From: Hyphomicrobiales bacterium
GTDB taxonomy: Bacteria > Pseudomonadota > Alphaproteobacteria > Rhizobiales > JACESI01
Reading direction: 5' to 3'
Length of the DNA stretch: 64,000 bases
Assembly: GCA_039989895.1 (NCBI GenBank)
Contig: JBDXGY010000006.1
Span: forward strand, 938,245 to 1,002,244
Positions 20,242 through 31,021 of the stretch are shown here, piece after piece. Each line of letters starts with the position of its first letter. Position 1 is the stretch's first letter. Below the pieces are notes generated by a model that was not told the DNA's origin, made no database searches, and saw nothing but the letters and a program-made list of their open reading frames with translations. A program made the position numbers and the translations under genes.

Positions 20242-21276
20242 ATGGGCATGTTAAATCCGCCTAAAAAACCAAGAACGATTGTGGATAGCATTGTCGATCA
20301 TCATCGCATGCGCAGAAACCGTAAAACAGATTGGGCGCGCAGGCTTGTTCGCGAGAACACCTTAAGCGCCGATGATCTGATATGGCCGATTTTTCTGACA
20401 GATGGTGAAAGCGAAAGCACACCCATTCCTTCCATGCCGGGCGTTTATCGCCATACGGTGGACCAAGCCATACGCGAAATTGAAAAAGCTGCAAAACTTG
20501 GCATTCCCGTTGTAGCGCTGTTTCCAAACACGGATCCTGACAAACGAGACGCTGAAGGCAGTGAAGCGCTAAACGAGAACAATCTCATTTGCACTGCTTG
20601 TCGAGCCATTAAAGCTGAACAATATCCCGTCGGCCTGATGTGCGACGTGGCACTTGATCCTTATACCAGCCATGGCCATGACGGGGTGATGAATGGTGAA
20701 ACCATCCTAAATGATGAAACAGTTGATATATTATGTAACCAAGCCATCTTACAGGCAGAAGCTGGCGCTGATATCATTGCGCCATCTGACATGATGGACG
20801 GTCGAGTGGGCGCAATCCGTCAATCCCTCGATAGTGATGGTTTAAGCGACACTCAAATCATGTCTTATGCCGCCAAATATGCCTCTGCCTTTTACGGTCC
20901 GTTTCGTGATGCTGTTGGAACCAATTCGACGCTTGTCGGTGATAAACGCACTTATCAGATGGATCCGGCAAATACTGACGAAGCAATACACGAAGTACAA
21001 CACGATATTGATGAAGGCGCTGATATGGTGATGATAAAGCCCGGCATGCCTTATCTGGACATTGTGCGCCGAGTGAAAGAGACCTTTCAAATGCCAACCT
21101 ATGCCTATCAGGTATCTGGTGAATATGCGATGCTCATGGCCGCCATACAAAACGGATGGCTAGACGAAGATCGCGTTATTCTAGAAAGCCTGATGGCATT
21201 CAAGCGCGCGGGCGCAGATGGCGTTTTGACCTATTTCGCCCCGAAAGTTGCGGAAATGCTGCAAGAAAACCGATAA
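20242..21276 (+). CDS. hemB: Porphobilinogen synthase (delta-aminolevulinate dehydratase), Asp-rich (Mg-type) metal site
   Basis: 344 aa. 'CDVALDPYTSHGHDG' (Asp in place of the Zn cysteines) and the active-site region 'MVMIKPGMPYLDIV'. Confidence 0.95.
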   Translation: MGMLNPPKKPRTIVDSIVDHHRMRRNRKTDWARRLVRENTLSADDLIWPIFLTDGESESTPIPSMPGVYRHTVDQAIREIEKAAKLGIPVVALFPNTDPDKRDAEGSEALNENNLICTACRAIKAEQYPVGLMCDVALDPYTSHGHDGVMNGETILNDETVDILCNQAILQAEAGADIIAPSDMMDGRVGAIRQSLDSDGLSDTQIMSYAAKYASAFYGPFRDAVGTNSTLVGDKRTYQMDPANTDEAIHEVQHDIDEGADMVMIKPGMPYLDIVRRVKETFQMPTYAYQVSGEYAMLMAAIQNGWLDEDRVILESLMAFKRAGADGVLTYFAPKVAEMLQENR

Positions 21277-21333
21277 TTAAGTGAATTTAGCGCAATAGAA
21301 GTTGATATTCCCTAAGCTATAACCACCTATTGT

Positions 21334-21846
21334 ATGAGCAATCGGATAAGGAATATCGCCATGAGCACATCAAACATCACCCCTTCGCATGATGCTTTTG
21401 ATTTTCCTGGCAATGCAAATTTGTTTGAAGGAGTTCTCTCCAGACGAGCGATGGCCTTTGTCATCGACTTTTTCTTCATCAGCATTTTGATATCAATAGC
21501 AACTGTTTTCCTCTTCATCGTAGGTATTGCGACATTTGGGTTATTATGGCTGGCGATAGCACCCGCAGCCTTTGCCATCGTCCTAGCTTATGTTGCCTTT
21601 ACCACCGGCGGCAGACATTCTGCCACACTAGGCATGCGCGCCTTAGGCCTAGAAATACGCATGAGAGATGGCCGTAAATTATATATGATTATGGCGGTCT
21701 TTCACGCGCTAGCCTTTTATTTCTTTTCAACAGTTCTGACGCCGTTTGTTGTCCTGATTGGCCTCTTCACAAACCGTCAACGCCTACTCCATGATTTCAT
21801 TTCAGGAGCTGTCGTGGTGAACCGCGACGCTTTGCCAAAACAATAA
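21334..21846 (+). CDS. RDD-family membrane protein
   Basis: 170 aa. 'SRRAMAFVIDFFFISILI' plus three TM helices and a late 'RQRLLHDFISGAVVV', which is the RDD-domain pattern. Confidence 0.7.
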   Translation: MSNRIRNIAMSTSNITPSHDAFDFPGNANLFEGVLSRRAMAFVIDFFFISILISIATVFLFIVGIATFGLLWLAIAPAAFAIVLAYVAFTTGGRHSATLGMRALGLEIRMRDGRKLYMIMAVFHALAFYFFSTVLTPFVVLIGLFTNRQRLLHDFISGAVVVNRDALPKQ

Positions 21847-21940
21847 ACTATCAATAATTCATCATCTGGATTGAAATCATAGCAAACAGTGCTACCCTGC
21901 TTTAGTAGAGCTATTATGCTCTTGAAAGGCAGTCGGTGCT

Positions 21941-22705
21941 GTGTCCCATCATCCAAAAGATGTACCTCAGTTTTATTTAACCGCCCCCTCTCCCTGTCCT
22001 TATTTAAAGGAAAAAATGGAGAGGAAAGTTTTCACGCATCTCATTGGTGAAACCGCGCCTGATATCAACGACATGCTCACAAAGGGTGGTTTTCGACGCT
22101 CACAAAATATCGCCTATCGTCCCGCCTGCGAGTCTTGTCGGGCATGCATGTCGATCAGGGTAGAGGTTTCAAATTTCCAAGAGACCAAATCCATGCGCCG
22201 CATTGTAAAGAAGAATCACGACCTTATCGGCACCGAAAGCACCCCAGCCCCCTCGTCCGAGCAATATGCATTGTTTCGCCAATATTTAGACACCCGCCAC
22301 AAAGAAGGTGGCATGGCAGATATGAGCGTACTCGACTATTCCATGATGGTGGAAGATAGCCACGTCAACACAATGGTCATTGAATATAGAAAACGAGGAC
22401 CAGACAGCGCAATAACAGGTAAAGGCGAAGGGGATCTCATCGCCGTCGCCTTGACAGATGTTTTGAATGATGGGCTATCCATGGTCTATTCTTTTTTTGA
22501 CACCAGCATCGATAAACGCAGCCTTGGCACTTATATGATCCTTGACCATATTGCCCGCGCCCGCAGACATGGCTTGCCTTATCTGTATCTAGGATATTGG
22601 GTCAAAGGGTCACGCAAGATGGATTATAAAATCCGGTTCAACCCACACCAGATTTTAACTCCAAACGGCTGGGAAGTACATACGGAGCAAACGGACTTTG
22701 TCTAA
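21941..22705 (+). CDS. bpt: Arginyl/leucyl-tRNA--protein transferase family (Asp/Glu leucyltransferase Bpt)
   Basis: 254 aa with a GTG start. '[16 protein letters not shown]' and 'YLYLGYWV' are typical of bacterial ATE/Bpt. Confidence 0.85.
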   Translation: MSHHPKDVPQFYLTAPSPCPYLKEKMERKVFTHLIGETAPDINDMLTKGGFRRSQNIAYRPACESCRACMSIRVEVSNFQETKSMRRIVKKNHDLIGTESTPAPSSEQYALFRQYLDTRHKEGGMADMSVLDYSMMVEDSHVNTMVIEYRKRGPDSAITGKGEGDLIAVALTDVLNDGLSMVYSFFDTSIDKRSLGTYMILDHIARARRHGLPYLYLGYWVKGSRKMDYKIRFNPHQILTPNGWEVHTEQTDFV

Positions 22706-22751
22706 TAAATAAGATCAGAGCGACTTTATTGGCGTGGCTCTAACGCGCAGA

Positions 22752-25040
22752 TTAATCCTCTTTCGAGATGTCACCTTTAAACGTTTCTGTGGCAAATTTA
22801 TTGGTTTTCGGGAAGCCCACCGGCGGCATACGTCCTGCCTTTGCGCGTTCACTAATCCATTCGCTCAATTCCACCATCGTGCGCTCATAACGCCGACCCG
22901 CACTATCCATCCACGACAAGCCTTCTGTCGCATTAAATGTACGAATATCGGCAATACCACCGTCTTTATATTTTTGAATGCGTACACCCTGTCCTCGAGT
23001 CATCTCAGGCAGTTGATCCATCGGAAAGATCAGTAATTTGCGGTTTTGACCAATAACGGCCACATGATCTCCAACAGCTGGCACACATAAAAGAGCCTCA
23101 TCTGGTGATTTCAAGTTCAGCACCTGTTTCCCCTTACGGGTATTGGCAATGATGTCCTTTTCCGCGACCACAAACCCGCGCCCGACGTTTGATGTAATCA
23201 GCAGTTTACGAGAGGGATCATGAACGAAAATTGAAACAATATCCTGATCATTCTCCATATCAATCATAATGCGCAATGGTTCGCCGTGACCGCGCCCACC
23301 AGGCAATTTATCAGCGCCCAACGTGTAAAATTTACCCGATGTGGTGAACACAACTATCTTGTCAGTCGTCTCGGCATGAATGGCTGATTTTAATTTATCA
23401 CCATCTTTAAACTGCAAAGCATCTGTTGTAGCAAGATGCCCTTTCATGGTGCGGATCCAGCCTTTTTCCGAGATAACAACCGTCACAGATTCTCGTTCAA
23501 TCATGGCGTTTTGAATGTCCGCGAGATCAACCTCACCCGCCTCTTCAAATGTTGTGCGGCGGCGTCCAAGTTCAGTGTCTGGACCGAATGTCTTTTTCAC
23601 ATCGCGCAATTGACCAGCGATTTTCTTCCACTGCAAATCATCTGAGGCCAAGAGTTCAGTCAATTCTGCCTTTTCAGCGCTCAAAGCATCATGCTCGCTA
23701 CGAATTTCGATTTCTTCAAGTTTCGCGAGTGAACGCAAGCGCATATTGAGGATCGCTTCGGCCTGAATATCACTCAAACTAAAGCGCGCCATTAAATGCT
23801 GCTTAGGCTCGTCTTCATTGCGAACAATGCGGATCACTTCATCAATATTCAAAAACGCGATCAAATAACCGGCTAAAACCTCAAGCCGGTGATTGATTTT
23901 ACCAAGCCGGAAGTTGGAACGGCGAATGAGAACTTCTTTGCGATGCTCCAGCCATTCTTTCAGCACTTCGCGAATACCAAGCACATTAGGCACAAGCCCA
24001 CGTGACAGCACATTCATGTTCAGCGATATGCGGTTTTCAAGGTCGCTGAGTTTGAACAAGGATTCCATCAATAAAACCGGGTCAACCGTCCGACTTTTCG
24101 GCTCCAAAACAAGACGAATGTCTTCAGCTGATTCATCGCGCACATCACCCAGAAGAGGTAATTTTTTAGCGATAAGCAGTTCAGCAATTTTTTCAATCAG
24201 TCTGGATTTTTGTACCTGATAGGGAATTTCAGTGATAACAATCACATAACCGCCACGCCCTGTATCTTCTTTTTCCCAGCGTGCGCGAACGCGAAACCCA
24301 CCACGTCCCGTTTTATAAGACTCAATAATAGAGCTTGGACTTTCAACGCAAATACCGCCGGTTGGAAAATCAGGCCCAGGAACATATTCAACAATTTTCT
24401 CAACGCCAGCATTTGGAAACTTAATCAAATGCAGCGCCGCATCGCATAGTTCTGCCGCGTTATGTGGCGGAATATTGGTTGCCATACCAACCGCAATGCC
24501 GCTCGAGCCATTGGCCAAAAGGTTAGGGAAATTAGCCGGAAGCACAATCGGCTCTTCATCTTCACCGTCATAAGTTTCACGAAAATCAACTGCGTCTTCT
24601 GTGATGCCTTCCAACAAAAGGCGCGCCACTTCAGTCATCCGCGCTTCGGTATAACGCATGGCCGCCGCATTATCGCCGTCCACATTGCCAAAATTGCCCT
24701 GCCCGTCGACCAGCGGATAACGCACGGCAAAATCCTGCGCTAAACGCACCAAAGCGTCATAAACAGATTGATCGCCGTGCGGATGAAATTTACCAATGAC
24801 ATCACCGACAACACGAGCGCATTTTTTAAAACCAGAACCCGGATCGAGCTTCAACTCACGCATCGCATGAAGGATACGGCGATGCACAGGCTTCAAGCCA
24901 TCGCGCACATCGGGCAGCGCACGGTGCATGATTGTCGATAGCGCATAAGCGAGGTATCGCTCCTCTAGAGCTATTTTCAGATTAATTGGCTCTATGCCAT
25001 TTTCATCGCCACCTGAGGGTGGAATCATCTCGTTTCCCAT
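22752..25040 (-). CDS. parC: DNA topoisomerase IV subunit A
   Basis: 762 aa. '[18 protein letters not shown]', the catalytic-Tyr region '[10 protein letters not shown]', and beta-pinwheel C-terminal repeats. Confidence 0.95.
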   Translation of the reverse strand: MGNEMIPPSGGDENGIEPINLKIALEERYLAYALSTIMHRALPDVRDGLKPVHRRILHAMRELKLDPGSGFKKCARVVGDVIGKFHPHGDQSVYDALVRLAQDFAVRYPLVDGQGNFGNVDGDNAAAMRYTEARMTEVARLLLEGITEDAVDFRETYDGEDEEPIVLPANFPNLLANGSSGIAVGMATNIPPHNAAELCDAALHLIKFPNAGVEKIVEYVPGPDFPTGGICVESPSSIIESYKTGRGGFRVRARWEKEDTGRGGYVIVITEIPYQVQKSRLIEKIAELLIAKKLPLLGDVRDESAEDIRLVLEPKSRTVDPVLLMESLFKLSDLENRISLNMNVLSRGLVPNVLGIREVLKEWLEHRKEVLIRRSNFRLGKINHRLEVLAGYLIAFLNIDEVIRIVRNEDEPKQHLMARFSLSDIQAEAILNMRLRSLAKLEEIEIRSEHDALSAEKAELTELLASDDLQWKKIAGQLRDVKKTFGPDTELGRRRTTFEEAGEVDLADIQNAMIERESVTVVISEKGWIRTMKGHLATTDALQFKDGDKLKSAIHAETTDKIVVFTTSGKFYTLGADKLPGGRGHGEPLRIMIDMENDQDIVSIFVHDPSRKLLITSNVGRGFVVAEKDIIANTRKGKQVLNLKSPDEALLCVPAVGDHVAVIGQNRKLLIFPMDQLPEMTRGQGVRIQKYKDGGIADIRTFNATEGLSWMDSAGRRYERTMVELSEWISERAKAGRMPPVGFPKTNKFATETFKGDISKED

Positions 25041-25111
25041 ATGTTCCGCTTAAAGCATTGGCCAGTCATACTCAAGAAAAACGATATGATGTCACGGTTT
25101 ATCCAGCCTAT

Positions 25112-25840
25112 TTAGTCAATCAAAAGGCGCGTGATATCGCGGGCTAATGTCTCGCGAGACAAAGGCGGGGTCATTTGGCGCGGCTCATAGATGTGGCGCG
25201 CAAGAAAAAAGCCGGTCAGTGCAAAGGCCGCAGCCACTTCATCATGATGCAGGCTGGGGCTATCGCTTTTTAAAAACGTCGGCAAGGCGAGCATTTTGTC
25301 ATGATAAGGCGCACCCGCGCCCCGACTCACTGCGCGCCCTGATTTTGGCGAGACATAAATCAAATCATCCCGCGCCCCCGTTGCAACACACTCATTAAGA
25401 TCAAGCCCAAATCCAAGCTCATCCAAAAGCGCCAGCTCAAATCGCACAATAAGCGCGGCCGTTAAGGTAGGGTCAGGCAAATTATCAATGATGATCTCAG
25501 CCCCATCCACAAGACCAACATGAGGATCACGCTCCGGCAAAAGCCGTAAATGCGATGCAAGAGTTTGAAGTCCGTTCAACCCGATGGATGTTTCCATCAA
25601 GCTTGCAGCGCGCAAATGAAGCGGGTCAACACTGAACACTCCCAGATGATCTTCAAGCCGCGCTCGCCATGTCACGGTTACCTGATTGCCCGCCTGCAAG
25701 GTCGGCTGAAGACGCCGAGAGCGTCCCCCGCGCACAAGCCCAAGACACCGCCCTCGCTCACGGGTCATCACCTCAAGGATGACACTCGTCTCCCCATGCT
25801 TACGACATCCCAAAATAAGAGCATCTTCCGTCCATTCCAT
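25112..25840 (-). CDS. recO: DNA repair protein RecO
   Basis: 242 aa. The N-terminal OB region 'MEWTEDALILGCRKHGETSVILEVMT' is typical of RecO. It lies adjacent to the era-rnc region, as in many bacteria. Confidence 0.85.
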   Translation of the reverse strand: MEWTEDALILGCRKHGETSVILEVMTRERGRCLGLVRGGRSRRLQPTLQAGNQVTVTWRARLEDHLGVFSVDPLHLRAASLMETSIGLNGLQTLASHLRLLPERDPHVGLVDGAEIIIDNLPDPTLTAALIVRFELALLDELGFGLDLNECVATGARDDLIYVSPKSGRAVSRGAGAPYHDKMLALPTFLKSDSPSLHHDEVAAAFALTGFFLARHIYEPRQMTPPLSRETLARDITRLLID

Positions 25841-25945
25841 GAAACTGTAATAAAGCTCAATGAGGAAGATGGGAAGAGAGGAGGAAGAAATGTCTGATAT
25901 GTGGATGAAGCGGTAAATTGCTTACACGTATCATGGCCATATAAA

Positions 25946-26575
25946 TCACAAAGGTCGTTTTTTGGAATGCGATTTTGAAAGCGAAGTCGATATTGATAAC
26001 GTGTTAAATACCACCTTCACCGTCGCCCCAAATACCAGCACACAAAGCAACACCTTTGAAATCATCTCCATAGTGCCGTCAATCAACAGAGCATGAACCA
26101 CAGTTCCGATAACCGTAACTGTTACAAGGGTGGTGTGTGCTAGGCGCCAGATGTGAGGTCGAAGGCGTAAAGCTTTGCGAAGAGCAGCTAAAAGTGCGGC
26201 AATAAAAATCGCCCACATCGCCACAACACCCCATGCAGAAAATGGCGTTGCCGAGACAAACAAAAGCGCATCAATCACATCGGGTGGACTGGTAATCCAA
26301 AGCCCCACGACGTGGGTCACAACCGTCACGACCAGCATGATCCCGACCCAACGATGAAATTGCCTACTACGCCGCGCAGAAAGAGCGGGCAAAGCGCCTC
26401 CCGCCAACAAAGGCTGCAACAGCAAAAGCACAAATGCGAGTACGCCCGACAATCCAGCAATGATATAAATGGGATCACGCCATGCAAGTAACGGGCTTGA
26501 AGCAGCGGCCACCATCGGCACAATCATAGCGATAATAAGCCCAGCCCAGATAACAAACGCTTGAGTGCGGCCCAT
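25946..26575 (-). CDS. Ferric-reductase-like transmembrane (FRD/YedZ-type) protein
   Basis: 209 aa with about 6 TM helices. It has two His-x13-His pairs in separate helices ('FHRWVGIMLVVTVVTHVV', 'LAHTTLVTVTVIGTVVHAL'). It starts 19 nt downstream of the Tat-exported gene. Confidence 0.7.
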   Translation of the reverse strand: MGRTQAFVIWAGLIIAMIVPMVAAASSPLLAWRDPIYIIAGLSGVLAFVLLLLQPLLAGGALPALSARRSRQFHRWVGIMLVVTVVTHVVGLWITSPPDVIDALLFVSATPFSAWGVVAMWAIFIAALLAALRKALRLRPHIWRLAHTTLVTVTVIGTVVHALLIDGTMEMISKVLLCVLVFGATVKVVFNTLSISTSLSKSHSKKRPL

Positions 26576-26594
26576 CTCTTTCAGTCCCTCTTAA

Positions 26595-27083
26595 TCAGGC
26601 AGGCTCTAGCACAAAATGTGTCCTTAAAGAGGTATCTTTAGCATTGGCCATGATAGGACGCAGAAACACGGTTTTAAACGCACCATCGTCATAAGCAAGG
26701 TGAGCATGAGCCTGACCAAAAGCGGGTACAATTTGCGGCATCTCCAGTTTGAACTCACCGTTTGCATCTGTCAGTGTCGAACCATGACTTTCCGGTTCAC
26801 GCTCATGACCTTCAACCGTATGCGCCCAAATTTGAATACGCTGGCCCGCAAGCGGCGCACCATCTCCGGCACGGCGGACGCTACCACTCATCCAAAATCC
26901 ACCTGCCCCAATGCGCTCCACAATTGGCGCATCGCGCAGATAATTGTTTGCGCCACCACGCATTGTCGGCGTTGGTTCAAGGCCTTTGGCTTGGGCTGGG
27001 ATAAGACGACCAGAAAGCCCACTCACCACCACAGCGCTGCCCGCTTTGATGAGAGTACGACGGTTAAACTGGATCAAAGGCAT
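26595..27083 (-). CDS. Tat-exported small protein with intradiol-dioxygenase-like (beta-sandwich) sequence features
   Basis: 162 aa. Tat signal 'FNRRTLIKAGSAVVVSG...AQA'. 'LAGQRIQIWAHT' and 'TLTDANGEFKLE' resemble the Dioxygenase_C core. 'AHAHL' resembles the 'AHIHF' metal-ligand motif. Confidence 0.6.
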   Translation of the reverse strand: MPLIQFNRRTLIKAGSAVVVSGLSGRLIPAQAKGLEPTPTMRGGANNYLRDAPIVERIGAGGFWMSGSVRRAGDGAPLAGQRIQIWAHTVEGHEREPESHGSTLTDANGEFKLEMPQIVPAFGQAHAHLAYDDGAFKTVFLRPIMANAKDTSLRTHFVLEPA

Positions 27084-27340
27084 ATCATTTCTCCGCTCAT
27101 AAACATCCGATATCTACTTTATAAAACTGTGTACAATAGTGGCGAAAGTATAGCACATTTGCAATCATTTTAGAGTGAGTAGATGGGAATGAAAACTACG
27201 GCTTTGTAAAATATTTTAACGAGCACTAGAAGAAACGACCCAGACAGACCGATCGGGCTTCAGTTTCACTGGAAGCAGTTTTCCACTCCACAATATCGGC
27301 AAGGTGTCATCTGAAGATAAGACACACCTAACGCACGGCC

Positions 27341-28249
27341 TTAGCTTGGAAAATCAAGTCCCATTTCACGATAGCGCTCAGGATCGTCAAGCCATTTTTC
27401 CCGCACTTTGACGAACAAGAACAAATGCACCTTACGCTCCAAAATCTCTTGCAGTTCTTTTCGTGCTGCTGATGAAATCGATTTGATTGTTTGGCCGTCT
27501 TTGCCGATCAATATCTTCTTGTGACCTTCACGTTGAATATAAACCGTTTGCTCAATACGCACATCACCGCCGCGTAATTCTTTCCATGCTTCAGTCTCCA
27601 CCGTCGACGAATAGGGAAGCTCTTGATGAAGGCGTTCAAAGAGTTTTTCGCGGGTAATTTCTGCGGCCAATTGGCGCATCGGTAGATCTGACATTTGGTC
27701 TTCAGGATAAAGCCACGGACCAACAGGCAGACGCTCTGCTAAATAGGTCACTACATCCTTGCAGCCATGACCTTTTTCAGCAGAAATCATGAAGGTCTCA
27801 TCAAAGCTCACCCGCTTTGAAATCATCTCGGTCAAGGCAAGCAAATGCTCACGTTTCACCATGTCGATTTTATTGAGAAGCAAAATGCACTTTTGTTTGC
27901 GGGTCGCCATGGCGTTTAATATGCGTTCTTCATCCTCGCGAATGCCTTTATTCGCATCAATCAAAAGCGCCACGATGTCCGCGTCCCCCGCCCCATCCCA
28001 AGCCTTGGCCACCATCGCGCGATCAAGCCGACGTTTAGGTTCAAACAGACCTGGCGTATCAACAAAAATGATCTGGCTTTGATCTTCGGCCATAATTCCG
28101 CGTACAAGCGCGCGAGTGGTCTGCACTTTATGGGATACAATCGAGACTTTCCCACCGACAACACGGTTCAACAGCGTTGACTTGCCTGCATTGGGCGCAC
28201 CAATAAGAGCAACAAAGCCACATTTGGTATCAGCTTCACTCATAATCAT
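27341..28249 (-). CDS. era: GTPase Era
   Basis: G motifs 'GAPNAGKST', 'DTPG' and 'NKID', followed by a KH domain. The start is ambiguous (ATG at 28249 or 28243; the ORF track gives 28276). Every option overlaps the rnc 3' end. Confidence 0.95.
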   Translation of the reverse strand: MIMSEADTKCGFVALIGAPNAGKSTLLNRVVGGKVSIVSHKVQTTRALVRGIMAEDQSQIIFVDTPGLFEPKRRLDRAMVAKAWDGAGDADIVALLIDANKGIREDEERILNAMATRKQKCILLLNKIDMVKREHLLALTEMISKRVSFDETFMISAEKGHGCKDVVTYLAERLPVGPWLYPEDQMSDLPMRQLAAEITREKLFERLHQELPYSSTVETEAWKELRGGDVRIEQTVYIQREGHKKILIGKDGQTIKSISSAARKELQEILERKVHLFLFVKVREKWLDDPERYREMGLDFPS

Positions 28250-28964
28250 CTTTTTCCCACACACCTTCACGCACAAGCATGATTGAGGCTGCTTTTTGTT
28301 CAGCGTCGCGCTTTGAATTGCCTTCGCCCTTTGCCGTCTGAAAACCCTCGACTTTCACTTCCATAACAAAGGAAAGCGCATGATCAGGGCCGGAGCGTGA
28401 AATTTCTTTATAAGTGGGGGCTGGACGCTTTTTGCCATGCGCCCACTCTTGTAGTGCTGTTTTTGGATCGCGCAGCGGCTTTGACCAGCCTTCCATGCGT
28501 TCACGCCAATTGCGTTCGATGAAAGAACGGGCTGCCTCCCAGCCGCCATCAAAATAGATCGCGGCCATGATAGCTTCGCACACATCACCGATGATGGCCG
28601 CCTTATTACGCCCGCCCGCTCTATTTTCGCTTTCGCTCAACAAAATGTACGCAGGCATATCGCAATCAATAGCAACACTTGCGCATGTTTCATTGCGCAC
28701 AAGGCCAGTGAGACGGCGGGCAAGTTCGCCCTCCTCCGCATCCGGAAAGGCATGAAACAACATTTCAGCGATCACCACCGCCAAAACGCGATCGCCCATA
28801 AATTCCAATCGCTGATAAGATGCAGTCAGATCGGTTTCATCTGCCGCCATCGCAGATTTGTGCGTCAGTGCGCGTATAAGGATTTCTCGATCGTTAAAAC
28901 GATACCCAAGCTTACTCTCCAGTTGTGCTAATTTCTGAGCGCTTGGATTTATTTTAGTCACCAC
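28236..28964 (-). CDS. rnc: Ribonuclease III
   Basis: 242 aa. RNase III signature 'QRLEFMGDRVL' and a C-terminal dsRBD ('DPKTALQEW'). Confidence 0.95.
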   Translation of the reverse strand: MVTKINPSAQKLAQLESKLGYRFNDREILIRALTHKSAMAADETDLTASYQRLEFMGDRVLAVVIAEMLFHAFPDAEEGELARRLTGLVRNETCASVAIDCDMPAYILLSESENRAGGRNKAAIIGDVCEAIMAAIYFDGGWEAARSFIERNWRERMEGWSKPLRDPKTALQEWAHGKKRPAPTYKEISRSGPDHALSFVMEVKVEGFQTAKGEGNSKRDAEQKAASIMLVREGVWEKDDYE

Positions 28965-28967
28965 GGA

Positions 28968-29741
28968 TTATCTATTCTTTCTTAAGCCGTTGAAAAGGCG
29001 ACTAAAGCGCAAATCTTGCGGCCATTTCCAAAACTGCCATGCCGATGAGCCATTATCGATAGAAAAGAACAAAAACTCAGCACGGCCAATGAAATTTTCC
29101 AAAGGCACTGTTCCAACATTACTATAGCGGCTATCTTGCGAATTATCGCGGTTGTCACCCATCATAAAATACTCACCTTCTGGAACGGTAAATACTACTG
29201 TATTATCAGATATATTGTTGGGATTGCTATCAAGCGTCAAATAGGTTTTTCCACTTGGTAATGTCTCTCTATAGCGAGGAATGGATATGTCTGTTCCTTG
29301 ATTGTATGTCCCCGTAAAATCATCCACCTTTTCCCGCTTTATCTCTACTTCATTGAGATAAACAACACCGTCCTTCACCTGTACAGTGTCACCTGGCAAG
29401 CCAATAACACGCTTGATGTAATCAGTAGATGTATCGCTTGGAAGACGGAATACGGCAATATCACCACGCTTCGGTTTTCCTTCCAAAATACGACCATCAA
29501 AAGGAATTAGGTCCAACGGAAGAGAATAGCGTGAATAGCCATAAGAATATTTTGATACGAACAAATAGTCACCAATCAGCAATGTCCCCATCATGGAGCC
29601 TGATGGAATGACAAAGGGTTGCACTATTAATGTGCGTAAAACGAGCGCCAAAAGAAGAGCCTGAAGTACGACCTTGATGGTTTCCCAAATGCCGTCTTCA
29701 TCTTTTTTTGTTTCATTTTTTGTCATCAGTAAGAAGCCCAA
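28968..29741 (-). CDS. lepB: Signal peptidase I
   Basis: 257 aa. Boxes 'PSGSMMGTL', 'KRVIGLPGD' and 'GDNRDNSQDSR'. Confidence 0.95.
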   Translation of the reverse strand: MGFLLMTKNETKKDEDGIWETIKVVLQALLLALVLRTLIVQPFVIPSGSMMGTLLIGDYLFVSKYSYGYSRYSLPLDLIPFDGRILEGKPKRGDIAVFRLPSDTSTDYIKRVIGLPGDTVQVKDGVVYLNEVEIKREKVDDFTGTYNQGTDISIPRYRETLPSGKTYLTLDSNPNNISDNTVVFTVPEGEYFMMGDNRDNSQDSRYSNVGTVPLENFIGRAEFLFFSIDNGSSAWQFWKWPQDLRFSRLFNGLRKNR

Positions 29742-29840
29742 ATTATGTTGGTGTCAAAAACGTTTTGTACTTTACATGGAGCGCTTGTAAAGGGCTTCGC
29801 ATAAACAGGCAACGATCAAAACAAATCACTCCCTATTTCT

Positions 29841-30245
29841 TTATTTAGAAATTGGCATAGCTTCAATAATCACGAAGGCCTGAGCCCAGGGGTCATCATC
29901 GGTAATAGTGACATGAATAACAGCCTCATGCCCTTCTGGCATTAGCGCCTGTAGCTGTTTTTGCGCGCCACCCGTCAACTTCATGGTTGGCTTACCCGAT
30001 GGCGCGTTGACCACGCCCATATCCCGCCAGTAAACACCCTTGCTAAGACCTGTGCCCAAGGCTTTGGAACAGGCCTCTTTCGCGGCAAATCGCTTTGCAT
30101 AAGAAGCCGCGCGTTGATTTCTGCGATCTGATTTTTGACGTTCAACTTCGGTAAAGACACGCTGGGTAAAGCGTTCACCGAATTTGGATAATGTCGCTTC
30201 AACACGGTGAATATTAATGAGGTCAGACCCAAGACCTATGATCAT
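29841..30245 (-). CDS. acpS: Holo-[acyl-carrier-protein] synthase
   Basis: 134 aa. '[15 protein letters not shown]' and '[12 protein letters not shown]' are typical of AcpS. Confidence 0.9.
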   Translation of the reverse strand: MIIGLGSDLINIHRVEATLSKFGERFTQRVFTEVERQKSDRRNQRAASYAKRFAAKEACSKALGTGLSKGVYWRDMGVVNAPSGKPTMKLTGGAQKQLQALMPEGHEAVIHVTITDDDPWAQAFVIIEAMPISK

Positions 30246-30925
30246 GTGATGGCCTTGCTCTTAGGTTTGTCTTTCATATCCGTAACCGCTGTTTTTCCAG
30301 ACCGGGCTTGTTGCTTCAGTGATTGCTCGTATTCAGTCTTCAATTGTCGATCCAAACGATCGGCCCAATCAGCACGAGCGCGGTCTGCGAGCATTTTAAG
30401 GCGTGATTTTTGATAAACCTTGGCCATTTTTTTGATGATAAAATAAACCACAAATGCAACCGGAATACCAACAGGAAGCGAGCCAACGCTCATGGTTTTA
30501 ATCAAAGGCCAAACCGTATGAAATGAATTAACAATCATCTCAAAATTCAATAGAGACACATCCATTCTCTGTGTCTCTGCCCCTCCAGTAATATCAAGTA
30601 CAAAGCGTCCAGCATTTAAGACAGACGCCCAGATGAAGGGGAATGTTAAAGGGTTACCAAAAAATGTGCCCGTTGCCGCTGCAAAATAGCTCCCGCGCGC
30701 AAAAAAGCAAATGGTGAAGGCAACCACAAAATGAAATCCTAGAAACGGCGTGAATGAAGCAAAAACGCCCGCTGCAACACCCATAGCGATTACATGGGGG
30801 GACGCGGTCAAACGCAGCACACGCAACATCAAATATTTAATGCTCCGCCACCAAGTACGCCGTGGCCATAAGGCCACCCTCACCCGCTTGCTTAAATCTT
30901 CTTGTTTTCGCCGCTTAAATAACAT
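30242..30925 (-). CDS. DUF2062 membrane protein
   Basis: 227 aa. '[46 protein letters not shown]' matches my recollection of the DUF2062 core. There is a 4-nt ATGA overlap with acpS. Confidence 0.7.
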   Translation of the reverse strand: MLFKRRKQEDLSKRVRVALWPRRTWWRSIKYLMLRVLRLTASPHVIAMGVAAGVFASFTPFLGFHFVVAFTICFFARGSYFAAATGTFFGNPLTFPFIWASVLNAGRFVLDITGGAETQRMDVSLLNFEMIVNSFHTVWPLIKTMSVGSLPVGIPVAFVVYFIIKKMAKVYQKSRLKMLADRARADWADRLDRQLKTEYEQSLKQQARSGKTAVTDMKDKPKSKAIT

Positions 30926-31021
30926 GAATGCGATAATAAACCTGAATAAACAATATAATACTAAAAATACCCAATAGCGTTATAAACCACTGCCTTAAAT
31001 AGAATTTAAAAATTAATTTTC

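Noticed and set aside
27084..27340. 257-bp gap upstream of the Tat-protein gene and downstream of era, with a weak hairpin (GGTGTC...GACACC, near 27303-27326)
   Set aside because: The stem is only 6 bp with a 12-nt loop and no U-tract. I saw no other repeat or ORF signal, so it is most simply a promoter plus a weak terminator region.
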